From: an uncultured Candidatus Sumerlaeota bacterium
Lineage (GTDB): Bacteria > Sumerlaeota > Sumerlaeia > MWCT01 > JAGHBZ01
Length of the DNA stretch: 64,000 nucleotides
Reading direction: 5' to 3'
NCBI GenBank assembly: GCA_964608095.1
Contig: CAZSMK010000068.1
Coordinates: forward strand, 41,742 to 105,741
Part shown: piece by piece, positions 56,279 to 64,000 of the stretch
Numbering within the stretch: the stretch's first letter is position 1
How the letters are laid out: every line of letters begins with the position of its first letter
Position numbers and translations under genes: made by a program
The notes under the pieces: generated by a model
The model's input: only the letters and a program-made list of their open reading frames with translations
What the model was told of the DNA's origin: nothing
The model's database searches: none

Positions 56279-57472
56279 TCATGCGTGCGTGGTTTCATCG
56301 CTGCTTTTTCGTTCGCTTCGGAGGATAGCGAGCATCTGTTGAGCCGCGCGGTCAGACGCGCCGGGTCCACCCATCTTCTCTTTTATCTTTTTCATCTCGT
56401 GTTTTATTGCGATGAGCATCTCCGGGTCATCGAGCATCTCGAGGACTTTCCTCGATATATTCTGGGCGGTGGCTTCATTCTGGATAAGTTCCGGTACCAA
56501 CATCTCACCCGCAACTATGTTTACCAATCCGATATAGGGTAGGTTAACAAGGCTTTTTGCAATCATGTAGCTGAGAAAAGAACCCTTGTAAATAATAACC
56601 ATAGGGCAGCCGAGAAAGGCGGTCTCGAGCGTCGCCGTTCCCGATGCAACAATTGCGAAATCCATGGCGCTCCGCACATTATAACGATACTGGTCGACTA
56701 CCTTGATCGGCACCTCTGCACGAGCAAGGTCGTACTCCAGAAGTGTCCGCTTTATTGTCGACGCCCGTGGGATAACAAACTGTATATCCTTCCTCTTTTG
56801 ATAGATTAAGTCCGCTGCCTGAACCATTATATCGAGATGACGTTTTACCTCAGATTTTCGACTGCCCGGCAGAATACCTATTAATTTTTTCCCCGGATCG
56901 AAATCAAAATATTTGAATACTTCATCTTTGGTCATGGTAAGATTCATTATGTCAAGAAGTGGATGACCTACATAGGATACATCCACCCCCTCCTGTTCGA
57001 AAAATGAAACTTCAAAGGGAAGAACGACAAAGACTTTATCGACAAATTGTGCGATTTTTTTGACTCGCCCTTTTGCCCACGCCCATACTTGTGGCGCAAT
57101 ATAGTAGAACACTTTGATTCCGAGCTCGTGCGCGATACGCGCAATACGTAAATTGAATCCCGGATAATCAATAAGAATCACGGCATCCGGGCGCTCTTTC
57201 TCGAGGAATTCGGCGGTGGAGTTAAGCACTCGTTTGAGCGCGAAATACTTGGTCACGACTTCCACAAATCCTACGATTGCGAGTTTTTCAACTATATTGC
57301 AAAGCAGTTTCACCCCCGCACGCTCTAGCTGTTCGCCGCCAAGTCCATAAAATTCCGCCTCGGGTGAATGTGACAGGAGTGCCCTGACAAGGTTGCTCCC
57401 ATGCAGGTCACCTGAATTTTCACCCGCAATAATAAAAATTTTAAAGTTCTTCTTCTCTGGTGTGGAGTTCAT
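56279..57472 (-). CDS. lpxB: Lipid-A-disaccharide synthase
   Basis: 397 aa. N-terminal KIFIIAGENSGDLHG. GT19 features. Confidence 0.85.
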   Translation of the reverse strand: MNSTPEKKNFKIFIIAGENSGDLHGSNLVRALLSHSPEAEFYGLGGEQLERAGVKLLCNIVEKLAIVGFVEVVTKYFALKRVLNSTAEFLEKERPDAVILIDYPGFNLRIARIAHELGIKVFYYIAPQVWAWAKGRVKKIAQFVDKVFVVLPFEVSFFEQEGVDVSYVGHPLLDIMNLTMTKDEVFKYFDFDPGKKLIGILPGSRKSEVKRHLDIMVQAADLIYQKRKDIQFVIPRASTIKRTLLEYDLARAEVPIKVVDQYRYNVRSAMDFAIVASGTATLETAFLGCPMVIIYKGSFLSYMIAKSLVNLPYIGLVNIVAGEMLVPELIQNEATAQNISRKVLEMLDDPEMLIAIKHEMKKIKEKMGGPGASDRAAQQMLAILRSERKSSDETTHA

Positions 57473-58421
57473 CCAACCGTTCCTGAATCATATTCGATAT
57501 CTGTATCGCCACTTGCAAGGCGCCCATTGCTTGTTTCCCATCAACAAGGGGACATCCCCCGGAAATCACACACGATACGAAATGTTCAAGTTCAAGCTTT
57601 AACGGCTCGCTTTTGTGAATACGGACCTTGTTGTGGACGATTTTGGCAGCCGGCATGCCGGGTTCCGGTTCCTCCACCGGAAGCTTCTTATAGACGTCCA
57701 TCGATTGCTTCCGATAATCGAGGGAAATATACGTGTCTTTTTGAAAAATACGTATTTTTCGCATATCGCGATGCGCTACCCGGCTGACCGTAATATTCGC
57801 CGTACACCCGCTTTCAAACAGAATTCTGGCATTTGCGATGTCTTCTTTTTCGGTAAGCACGGGAACACCTACTGCATCAATCGACTTAATGTGCGAGTTT
57901 ACGATTCGAAGGATAATATCAATATCATGGATCATGAGATCCATAACCACGCCGATATCTTTTACCCGTGGTTGAAATCCCCCAAGCCGATGCACTTCAA
58001 CGAACATCGGGGTGGTAACCACTTCTTTCAGCCGTTGAACCGCAACATTAAAATGTTCAATGTGGCCGACTTGAAGTACCTTGCTTTTGCGGTTAGCGAT
58101 CTCTACCAGTTCCCCCGCTTCCTCGAGAGTCGTCGTGATTGGTTTTTCCACCAATACGTGTTTATCATGTTCGAGAAAAAATTTGGCAATTTCGTAATGT
58201 GAAATTGTAGGAACCGCGATACTTACCGCATCTACCTTCTCAAGCACCGCCTTATGGTCAAAAAACGGTGTGGTCTTGTATTGATGAGCAATCTGGCGGG
58301 CTCGTTGCTTGTTAATATCTACGACCCCGATCAGGTTGCACCGTTCGTCCTCCGAAAAAATGCGGGCATGATGTTGACCCAGATTCCCCACACCCACCAC
58401 GGCTATGTTCGGCTTTTCCAT
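57441..58421 (-). CDS. Gfo/Idh/MocA-family NAD-dependent oxidoreductase
   Basis: 326 aa. N-terminal Rossmann IAVVGVGNLGQHHA. EKP motif (LVEKP). Overlaps the lpxB start by 32 bp. Confidence 0.8.
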   Translation of the reverse strand: MEKPNIAVVGVGNLGQHHARIFSEDERCNLIGVVDINKQRARQIAHQYKTTPFFDHKAVLEKVDAVSIAVPTISHYEIAKFFLEHDKHVLVEKPITTTLEEAGELVEIANRKSKVLQVGHIEHFNVAVQRLKEVVTTPMFVEVHRLGGFQPRVKDIGVVMDLMIHDIDIILRIVNSHIKSIDAVGVPVLTEKEDIANARILFESGCTANITVSRVAHRDMRKIRIFQKDTYISLDYRKQSMDVYKKLPVEEPEPGMPAAKIVHNKVRIHKSEPLKLELEHFVSCVISGGCPLVDGKQAMGALQVAIQISNMIQERLDELHTREEEL

Positions 58422-58491
58422 CTCTGTATACCTCGCTTCTTAACCAAATCTTGTCGTTCTTCCGCTTTTCCCTACCGGTGTAGCGCCGGCT

Positions 58492-59880
58492 TTAAAACGC
58501 ACCTTTTCCAAAAAGTACCACCGGTATCGTTTTTAACAATATACTGACATCAAGCAGGAGCGACTGGTTTCGGATATAGTAAAAATCGTATTCCAGATTC
58601 AGGTAAAGAGGGAGATTTTTTCTTCCTGCAATTTGCCACAGACCGGTGATACCCGGTTTCACCTCGAGGCGACGCTTCTGCCATGCCTCGTAACGATCGA
58701 CAATAAAGGGCATTTCCGGGCGGGGTCCTACCATACTCATATCGCCTCTAAGGACATTCACGAGCTGCGGAACCTCATCGAGACTGGTTTTCCTGAGAAA
58801 TCGTCCAAACCTCGTAATGCGTGGGTCTTCAGGATTTTCCGGCGCCTCTTCATAGGGATTGACGTTGTTATGCATGGTGCGGAATTTGTACATTATAAAC
58901 GTCTTTCCGTCTTTGCCGATACGTTTCTGTTTAAAGATGACAGGACCCCTCGAATCGATACGAATTATGGCTGCCGCAATAAGAGAGGGTATTAAAAATA
59001 CTACCGACAGCAGGCCCGCGACAAAGAGATCGAGTAGGCGCTTGACAATCGCCTGCCACGGGGAAAGTCCTCCAGCCGGCACCTGTACTATGGGTACTTC
59101 ATCCACTTCATCAATCTTGACCGAACTCGTGAGCACACCGAACATATCGGAGACAACGCGGAAATCTACCCCTGTTGACTCACATTTCATTATTATATTG
59201 ATCAAATCATGTGAGGGGAGAGAAGGAATTGCCAGAAATACCTGCTCTATTTGATTGGACTTGATAATATTCGGCAACTCCTCGATTGTGCCCAGCACTG
59301 ATACGCCGTTAATTGCCGCTCCCCTTTTTTGAGGATCGTCATCCACGAAACCCACTACTTCTATTCCGCTTTCTGGATGAAACACTATCTGGTCTTTGAC
59401 CTTCTTCCCGGCTGCGCCGGCTCCTACGATTACGACCCTCGTCAATCCTATACCTTTACTTAAAAGGCTCCGTTTCAGGTATCGAATATACGACCTGCTA
59501 ATATAGAGATAAATAAACAACCCCACGGGTGAACAGATTATAACTGACCTGCCGAGTTCAAGATGCTTGAAAAGAGTGGCGAGCGCAAGAAGACCGATAA
59601 GACTCACCAGGGTGGTTTTGAAAATGCGCACCAGCTGGTCAAAACCGGACATTCGCTCCCGGAAACGGTACAATCCGTAATACGCCGTCACAATTATCCA
59701 GAGTGAGAGTACCAGTGGTGTTGCGGTGAGATAGGGCTGAATGGGATTAATCATCTTGTTGAAAAAGGTATTCAATTCCCGGCGAAGAACATAGCTGCCA
59801 AGCCAGATACCGAGAAAAAATACCAGGTCAACTATAATCAAGATAAAAGGAAATGATTTCGATTTCCAGAACGCTTTCAT
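58492..59880 (-). CDS. Polyprenyl-phosphate glycosylphosphotransferase (bacterial sugar transferase, WbaP/CpsE-like)
   Basis: 462 aa. N-terminal TM bundle. Central Rossmann-like domain. C-terminal catalytic domain ([21 protein letters not shown]). Confidence 0.85.
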   Translation of the reverse strand: MKAFWKSKSFPFILIIVDLVFFLGIWLGSYVLRRELNTFFNKMINPIQPYLTATPLVLSLWIIVTAYYGLYRFRERMSGFDQLVRIFKTTLVSLIGLLALATLFKHLELGRSVIICSPVGLFIYLYISRSYIRYLKRSLLSKGIGLTRVVIVGAGAAGKKVKDQIVFHPESGIEVVGFVDDDPQKRGAAINGVSVLGTIEELPNIIKSNQIEQVFLAIPSLPSHDLINIIMKCESTGVDFRVVSDMFGVLTSSVKIDEVDEVPIVQVPAGGLSPWQAIVKRLLDLFVAGLLSVVFLIPSLIAAAIIRIDSRGPVIFKQKRIGKDGKTFIMYKFRTMHNNVNPYEEAPENPEDPRITRFGRFLRKTSLDEVPQLVNVLRGDMSMVGPRPEMPFIVDRYEAWQKRRLEVKPGITGLWQIAGRKNLPLYLNLEYDFYYIRNQSLLLDVSILLKTIPVVLFGKGAF

Positions 59881-60866
59881 TAATACAGCCAGTCTTTTCT
59901 TTCCTCTCTTACCGGCATATCATAGTCGGGGACCTCCTCGAAGAAATATTCTTGAAACAGGGGATCGCCCCGCCTGACTTTTGGACTTTCCGGAAACTTA
60001 TAATACAACTCAGCCAGCCAATGTCGTGCCTTCTCATGCTGTTCATATATGTAATAATACAGCGCATGGCGATAATAGACGTTATCCATAAGTGGGAATT
60101 CAGGGTACTTTTCCATAATCTTCTTCATCGGTTGCAGTACGAAGGACTCCGAGGTGGGATTGTCCGGACGAGCATCGTTCATTCGATAACCTGCGATGCT
60201 ATAAAGACAATAAGGCGCGAACACGCTCCTGGGGTATTTTTCCACTACGTTATTGTAAACAGGCAAATTCTCTTTACTCGCTTCACCTTTGTTGAGCTCT
60301 TGCGCAATATCCTCGTTCTTGAGAAGATCGAACGCCTTCTGGTTCTCTCCCGTACTGTTTATAATCTCAAACTCAATGGGGGGGAAATTAACCATACGCC
60401 CTATTCGATCATTAATACTATAGCGCATTTGCGTAACAAGCCTCATCTTGCCCGGTTCCGCAGTTAAAAATCCGTCCTGTCCCTTCTCGTCATATACCAG
60501 AATGTAACGAATGGTGCATTTCTCACCCACATCCAATTTATAAATGGTCCTGGGATAAAGAGCGATACGGAACGGACCTGTGTACTGAAATGGAAACCGT
60601 TCCGGCCGATACACCATGATCTCGAAGTCCGATGTTGGGCTCAAGACCGAGGCAAATTGGATGAATTCACCGGAGATATTTTTTACCAGTATATCGAGAA
60701 TGACAGGCTCGCCCTGTACATATCTCGTTTTATTGGTCTTTAATCCTAATTCCACGTATTGTTCCACACTTTCTTCTGATGGTTGTGGAACGACGGGTTG
60801 TGCTGATGAAAAAACAACCACGAGCATGCAACTCAATACCATGCACAACGTTCGAACTTTACTCAT
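59880..60866 (-). CDS. Hypothetical exported protein
   Basis: 328 aa. Signal peptide MSKVRTLCMVLSCMLVVVFSSAQP. No recognised motif. 1-bp overlap with the sugar transferase start. Confidence 0.4.
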   Translation of the reverse strand: MSKVRTLCMVLSCMLVVVFSSAQPVVPQPSEESVEQYVELGLKTNKTRYVQGEPVILDILVKNISGEFIQFASVLSPTSDFEIMVYRPERFPFQYTGPFRIALYPRTIYKLDVGEKCTIRYILVYDEKGQDGFLTAEPGKMRLVTQMRYSINDRIGRMVNFPPIEFEIINSTGENQKAFDLLKNEDIAQELNKGEASKENLPVYNNVVEKYPRSVFAPYCLYSIAGYRMNDARPDNPTSESFVLQPMKKIMEKYPEFPLMDNVYYRHALYYYIYEQHEKARHWLAELYYKFPESPKVRRGDPLFQEYFFEEVPDYDMPVREERKDWLY

Positions 60867-60939
60867 ATGCTCACTCCTTTTTTTGATCTTTTTTGCACGA
60901 AGGTAATTACAACTTTATAAGACCTTGATAGTATAAGGT

Positions 60940-62934
60940 TCAAGGGGAATTTTTAAGAAGCGCTTCGAGATTCCGGGCAGCCTGCCGGTTTTGTGGATTG
61001 AATTTTAGCACGGTTCGGAATTCTTCTATCGCGTGATCATGTTGCCCATGACGTAGCCAGTACAATCCGGCTATGTGGTGAGAGTATTCAATATCTGGAA
61101 ATTTTTCCAGCGCCTTATCCAACAGAGCGTGCGCACGCTCAGCCTCGCCCCTTTCGTCATGCGCACGTATTAAATTGAGTATCGGGGGATAGAAGTCATC
61201 CGTTCCCTTCAGGATCAATTCCCACAAGTGAATCGCCTCATTCGTGTACCCCAGCTGATAGTAGACCTCCGCAGAATTGTTAACCAGGGATACGACCGCT
61301 TCAAGCGATTGGTTATATCGGTCAAAGGGTTCTAACAGCTTGTTTTCAATACAATCTCGAATCAATTCCTCCAGATCATTTATCTTGTCTGTATAAAAAC
61401 TTTTCGCTACATGTGTAGCGTCACTTGCGACTTCCCAGATTACGGGGGAAACCGGCTTCAACGAGTAATGTTCGTATAAGCCTGAGTTCAAAACAAATAC
61501 GCTATCCACAAAAATTCTTTTCTGGGGAAGATAGCGAGCGATATAATCGACCAGGGCGCTCCTGAAGGTAGGTATGCCTTCCTCGCCAATCTGTTGCCAG
61601 ATATGCCTCAACTCGCCAAAACCTTTGTGCATCGCCTGGCTGTAGTACGTACCGTAAGGATCCAGAACAAGTACATCTGGTCGAGTTCCTTCACACCATT
61701 GTTCATAAAGGCAGACGTTCACCGAATTGCCGTTTTCAAGAATGAGGATAGAATCCTGCGGTAATGGGTCGAGAATTATGTGAGCTGTTTTAGCCGGAAG
61801 GGACGTCAATCGCGCCCTTGAACGCTGCTCTCCATTTACTCCAAGATACAATATGTTCGCTCCGACAAGGAGATATAAAAGACTACGTCTAACTCTTAAA
61901 TGAAGCGTTCCCACAAGACCTGCAAACCCGAGCATCAAGTAAGAAGGCAGAAAAAAATGAGGAAGCCATTCTGAATAACGCAGCGAAAAGCAAATATTGA
62001 CCAAAACAATCCAGAAAGGAACAATCCAGAACTCCATGAAAGAACGCGCACGACGGGATGCCGCAAACCCCGTGATTCCCATGACAATGAGAATAACCGG
62101 AATCTCGTATCTCGATAGCATAGCAAGTTTGAAAAGACGAAAAGGGAAAAACTCGACTGGTACTGTTAACTTCCCTCCCCGATACTGTTCGCCGGTTATG
62201 TGAGCAAAAAAACGCGGCAGTGTCGCTGGATTTCGCCAAGCAAAGAGCGGTTCACTCCCGGCTCGGACATGAACGTACGCGAGTAGAAGTAATCCTATCA
62301 AAAACGACACCCCACAAAGTAACGCTATCCACGGGATATTTCTCCATTTCTCCCGAATAACGATCACAATTAAAAAACCGGGTATATAAAGGGCAAGGGG
62401 TAGATAGAGGGAACAGGCAACTGCAAGGGAAAGAAACGAGACCGACAGATGTCGCGCGTTGTCTTCGAAAAACCATCGCTCGAACCAGTACACTCCGAAG
62501 AGAAAAAAGAAGAATGCCGTAGTGTATACTTCCGTAACCGACGAATAATGCCAGAATGAGGCGCCTGAACCTATGGCGATAATTCCCAACGTAAGAAGAG
62601 GTCTGTTTTGTTCCGCGTCTCCATTCTGCAAACAGTAATAGCGTATGACTATATAAAGCATAACCAACACCGCTGCTCCCGACAGTGCCGAGATCAACGA
62701 GACACGAAACGCAATCGCTCCAAAAGGAAGGAGGGTAAAAAGCTTTCCTATCAACAAATAGAGGGGACTGCCAGGCGGATGTACAATACCCAGGAAACGT
62801 GCACCAAGGGAAAACTCCCCCGCATCTTTCCAGTACACGCCCGCGGGCATGGTTACAATAAAGACGACCAGTGAACATGCAACAATGAATATAAGGAAGG
62901 TAATATCGGGAGTATCCTTCAACGACTTGCCCAT
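60940..62934 (-). CDS. DUF2723 (TMEM260-like GT-C fold) membrane protein with C-terminal TPR repeats
   Basis: 664 aa. N-terminal YWKDAGEFSLGARFLGIVHPPGSPLYLLIGKLF matches the DUF2723 signature. About 11 TM. C-terminal TPR-like helices (AIHLWELILK..., AIEEFRTVLKFNPQN). Confidence 0.55.
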   Translation of the reverse strand: MGKSLKDTPDITFLIFIVACSLVVFIVTMPAGVYWKDAGEFSLGARFLGIVHPPGSPLYLLIGKLFTLLPFGAIAFRVSLISALSGAAVLVMLYIVIRYYCLQNGDAEQNRPLLTLGIIAIGSGASFWHYSSVTEVYTTAFFFFLFGVYWFERWFFEDNARHLSVSFLSLAVACSLYLPLALYIPGFLIVIVIREKWRNIPWIALLCGVSFLIGLLLLAYVHVRAGSEPLFAWRNPATLPRFFAHITGEQYRGGKLTVPVEFFPFRLFKLAMLSRYEIPVILIVMGITGFAASRRARSFMEFWIVPFWIVLVNICFSLRYSEWLPHFFLPSYLMLGFAGLVGTLHLRVRRSLLYLLVGANILYLGVNGEQRSRARLTSLPAKTAHIILDPLPQDSILILENGNSVNVCLYEQWCEGTRPDVLVLDPYGTYYSQAMHKGFGELRHIWQQIGEEGIPTFRSALVDYIARYLPQKRIFVDSVFVLNSGLYEHYSLKPVSPVIWEVASDATHVAKSFYTDKINDLEELIRDCIENKLLEPFDRYNQSLEAVVSLVNNSAEVYYQLGYTNEAIHLWELILKGTDDFYPPILNLIRAHDERGEAERAHALLDKALEKFPDIEYSHHIAGLYWLRHGQHDHAIEEFRTVLKFNPQNRQAARNLEALLKNSP

Positions 62935-63016
62935 CGGTTATATTTGTAAGGGTTCCTAAATCTCCTCTCGCGGACTTCGAATGAAAATGAGGATGCGGCG
63001 GTACAATAATATGTAC

Positions 63017-64000
63017 TCAGACGATAACCTCTTCAGTTTTTGCGTCAAAGAAATGGGCTTTATCCATGTCGAACGCAAGGGATTTAACTTCGTCGATTTT
63101 TACAGGGACGTGGGCGTCAACTCGAGCGATATAGGGCGTCTTGCCCATAGTCAAATAAACATAAATCTCCGCGCCCATCGGCTCCACGATTTCCACTTTC
63201 GATTCCACCGCGGCGACGTCCATTTCCGGCTCACCATACCCCCGAACATAAATATCTTCCGGGCGGATACCGAATGTGACAGGTTTTCCCTCAAATGGAC
63301 GAAGTTTTTCAAGATATTTGGCGGGAATGGATATGGTGATTTTACCTTCGTTGAAGTACATTCCCCCGTCGCGGCTTTCAATTACTCCATCCATAAAATC
63401 CATAGGCGGACTTCCTATAAAACCTGCCACAAATTTATTTACCGGCTGATTGTACAGCGTAAGAGGATCATCAATTTGGTGAATTATCCCGTCTTTCATA
63501 ACTGCAATACGGCTGCCCATAGTCATGGCTTCAACCTGATCATGCGTCACATAGATGACGGTGGTTTGTAACTGGCTGTGGAGTTTTATCAACTCGGCGC
63601 GCATTTGAACGCGGAGTTTCGCATCAAGGTTACTAAGCGGCTCATCGAAGAGAAAGACCTTGGGTTGTCGCACTATTGCTCTTCCCACGGCGACTCGCTG
63701 ACGTTGCCCGCCGGACAACGCTTTGGGACGCCGGTCAAGAAGTTCTCCTATTCCCAGTATCTCCGCGGCATCACGTACACGCTTATCTATTTCCGTCTTG
63801 CTGAATTTTCGTAACTTCAACCCGAATGCCATGTTCTTATACACGGTCATGTGGGGATACAACGCATAGTTCTGGAAGACCATCGCGATATCCCTATCTT
63901 TCGGGGGTACATCGTTTACTAATCGCTCAGCGATATATATTTCCCCTTCGGTGATTTCTTCAAGACCGGCAACCATCCTCAAGGTGGTGGACTTCCCGCA
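63017..64000 (-). CDS. ABC transporter ATP-binding protein, MalK/UgpC-like sugar importer ATPase, partial (N-terminus beyond window end)
   Basis: Q-loop, signature LSGGQRQRVA, Walker B LFDEPLS, H-loop VTHDQ, then a C-terminal TOBE/MalK regulatory domain. The reading frame stays open to position 64000. Confidence 0.85.
   Translation of the reverse strand, partial: CGKSTTLRMVAGLEEITEGEIYIAERLVNDVPPKDRDIAMVFQNYALYPHMTVYKNMAFGLKLRKFSKTEIDKRVRDAAEILGIGELLDRRPKALSGGQRQRVAVGRAIVRQPKVFLFDEPLSNLDAKLRVQMRAELIKLHSQLQTTVIYVTHDQVEAMTMGSRIAVMKDGIIHQIDDPLTLYNQPVNKFVAGFIGSPPMDFMDGVIESRDGGMYFNEGKITISIPAKYLEKLRPFEGKPVTFGIRPEDIYVRGYGEPEMDVAAVESKVEIVEPMGAEIYVYLTMGKTPYIARVDAHVPVKIDEVKSLAFDMDKAHFFDAKTEEVIV

Noticed and set aside
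1-64000. CRISPR arrays, rRNA genes, IS elements or transposases
   Set aside because: No regularly spaced direct repeats, no rRNA-like conserved stretches, and no transposase-like ORFs (DDE or HTH-transposase motifs) were seen in any frame

Overview
This is a bacterial chromosomal window, mostly housekeeping, with about 57 protein genes, one tRNA-Leu(CAA) and no rRNA, CRISPR array, transposase or integrase. The two pseudopilin N-termini (GFTLIELLVVVAII...) suggest a Planctomycetes/Verrucomicrobia-like or candidate-phylum lineage, but lineage cannot be proven from the sequence.

Recognisable genes, in order:
- an OmpR-family two-component system, a ROK glucokinase, clpC and a RidA-family protein;
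- a beta-CASP MBL nuclease-like gene and purC-purS-purQ;
- a glycan-degradation locus (11.6-23.5 kb) regulated by an ECF sigma/anti-sigma pair: an Asp-box propeller hydrolase, an HGSNAT-like acetyltransferase, a polytopic membrane protein, a GH3 with PA14 insertion and a GH20 hexosaminidase;
- alaS, a GT4-like glycosyltransferase, two paralogous pseudopilin genes flanking a ComEA-like gene and a GT-C-like membrane protein, nfo, an orphan NqrA-like protein, a site-2 protease, trpS and tyrA;
- two consecutive exported-protein genes (a GH clan-A hydrolase and a PMT/ArnT-like GT-C), each preceded by a copy of a ~185 bp inverted-repeat-flanked leader element;
- argC, a LOR/SDH-like protein and ispD;
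- downstream of tRNA-Leu, a low-GC block (43.5-53 kb) with an unusual enzyme set: MBL hydrolase, MtaA/UroD-like protein, two class I methyltransferases, a NifX-like domain protein, a ThiD-methyltransferase fusion, TenA, a small radical SAM enzyme, a DtxR-FeoA regulator and feoB;
- an oligopeptide-type substrate-binding protein, an orphan histidine kinase, lpxB overlapping a Gfo/Idh/MocA oxidoreductase, a WbaP-like sugar transferase, a DUF2723/TPR membrane protein and a partial MalK-like ABC ATPase at the window edge.

The observations most worth a second look are the duplicated leader element that supplies the start codon and first codons of two genes, the in-frame fusion of the anti-sigma factor with a downstream membrane protein that has its own strong RBS, and the low-GC tRNA-adjacent enzyme block including the ThiD-methyltransferase fusion.
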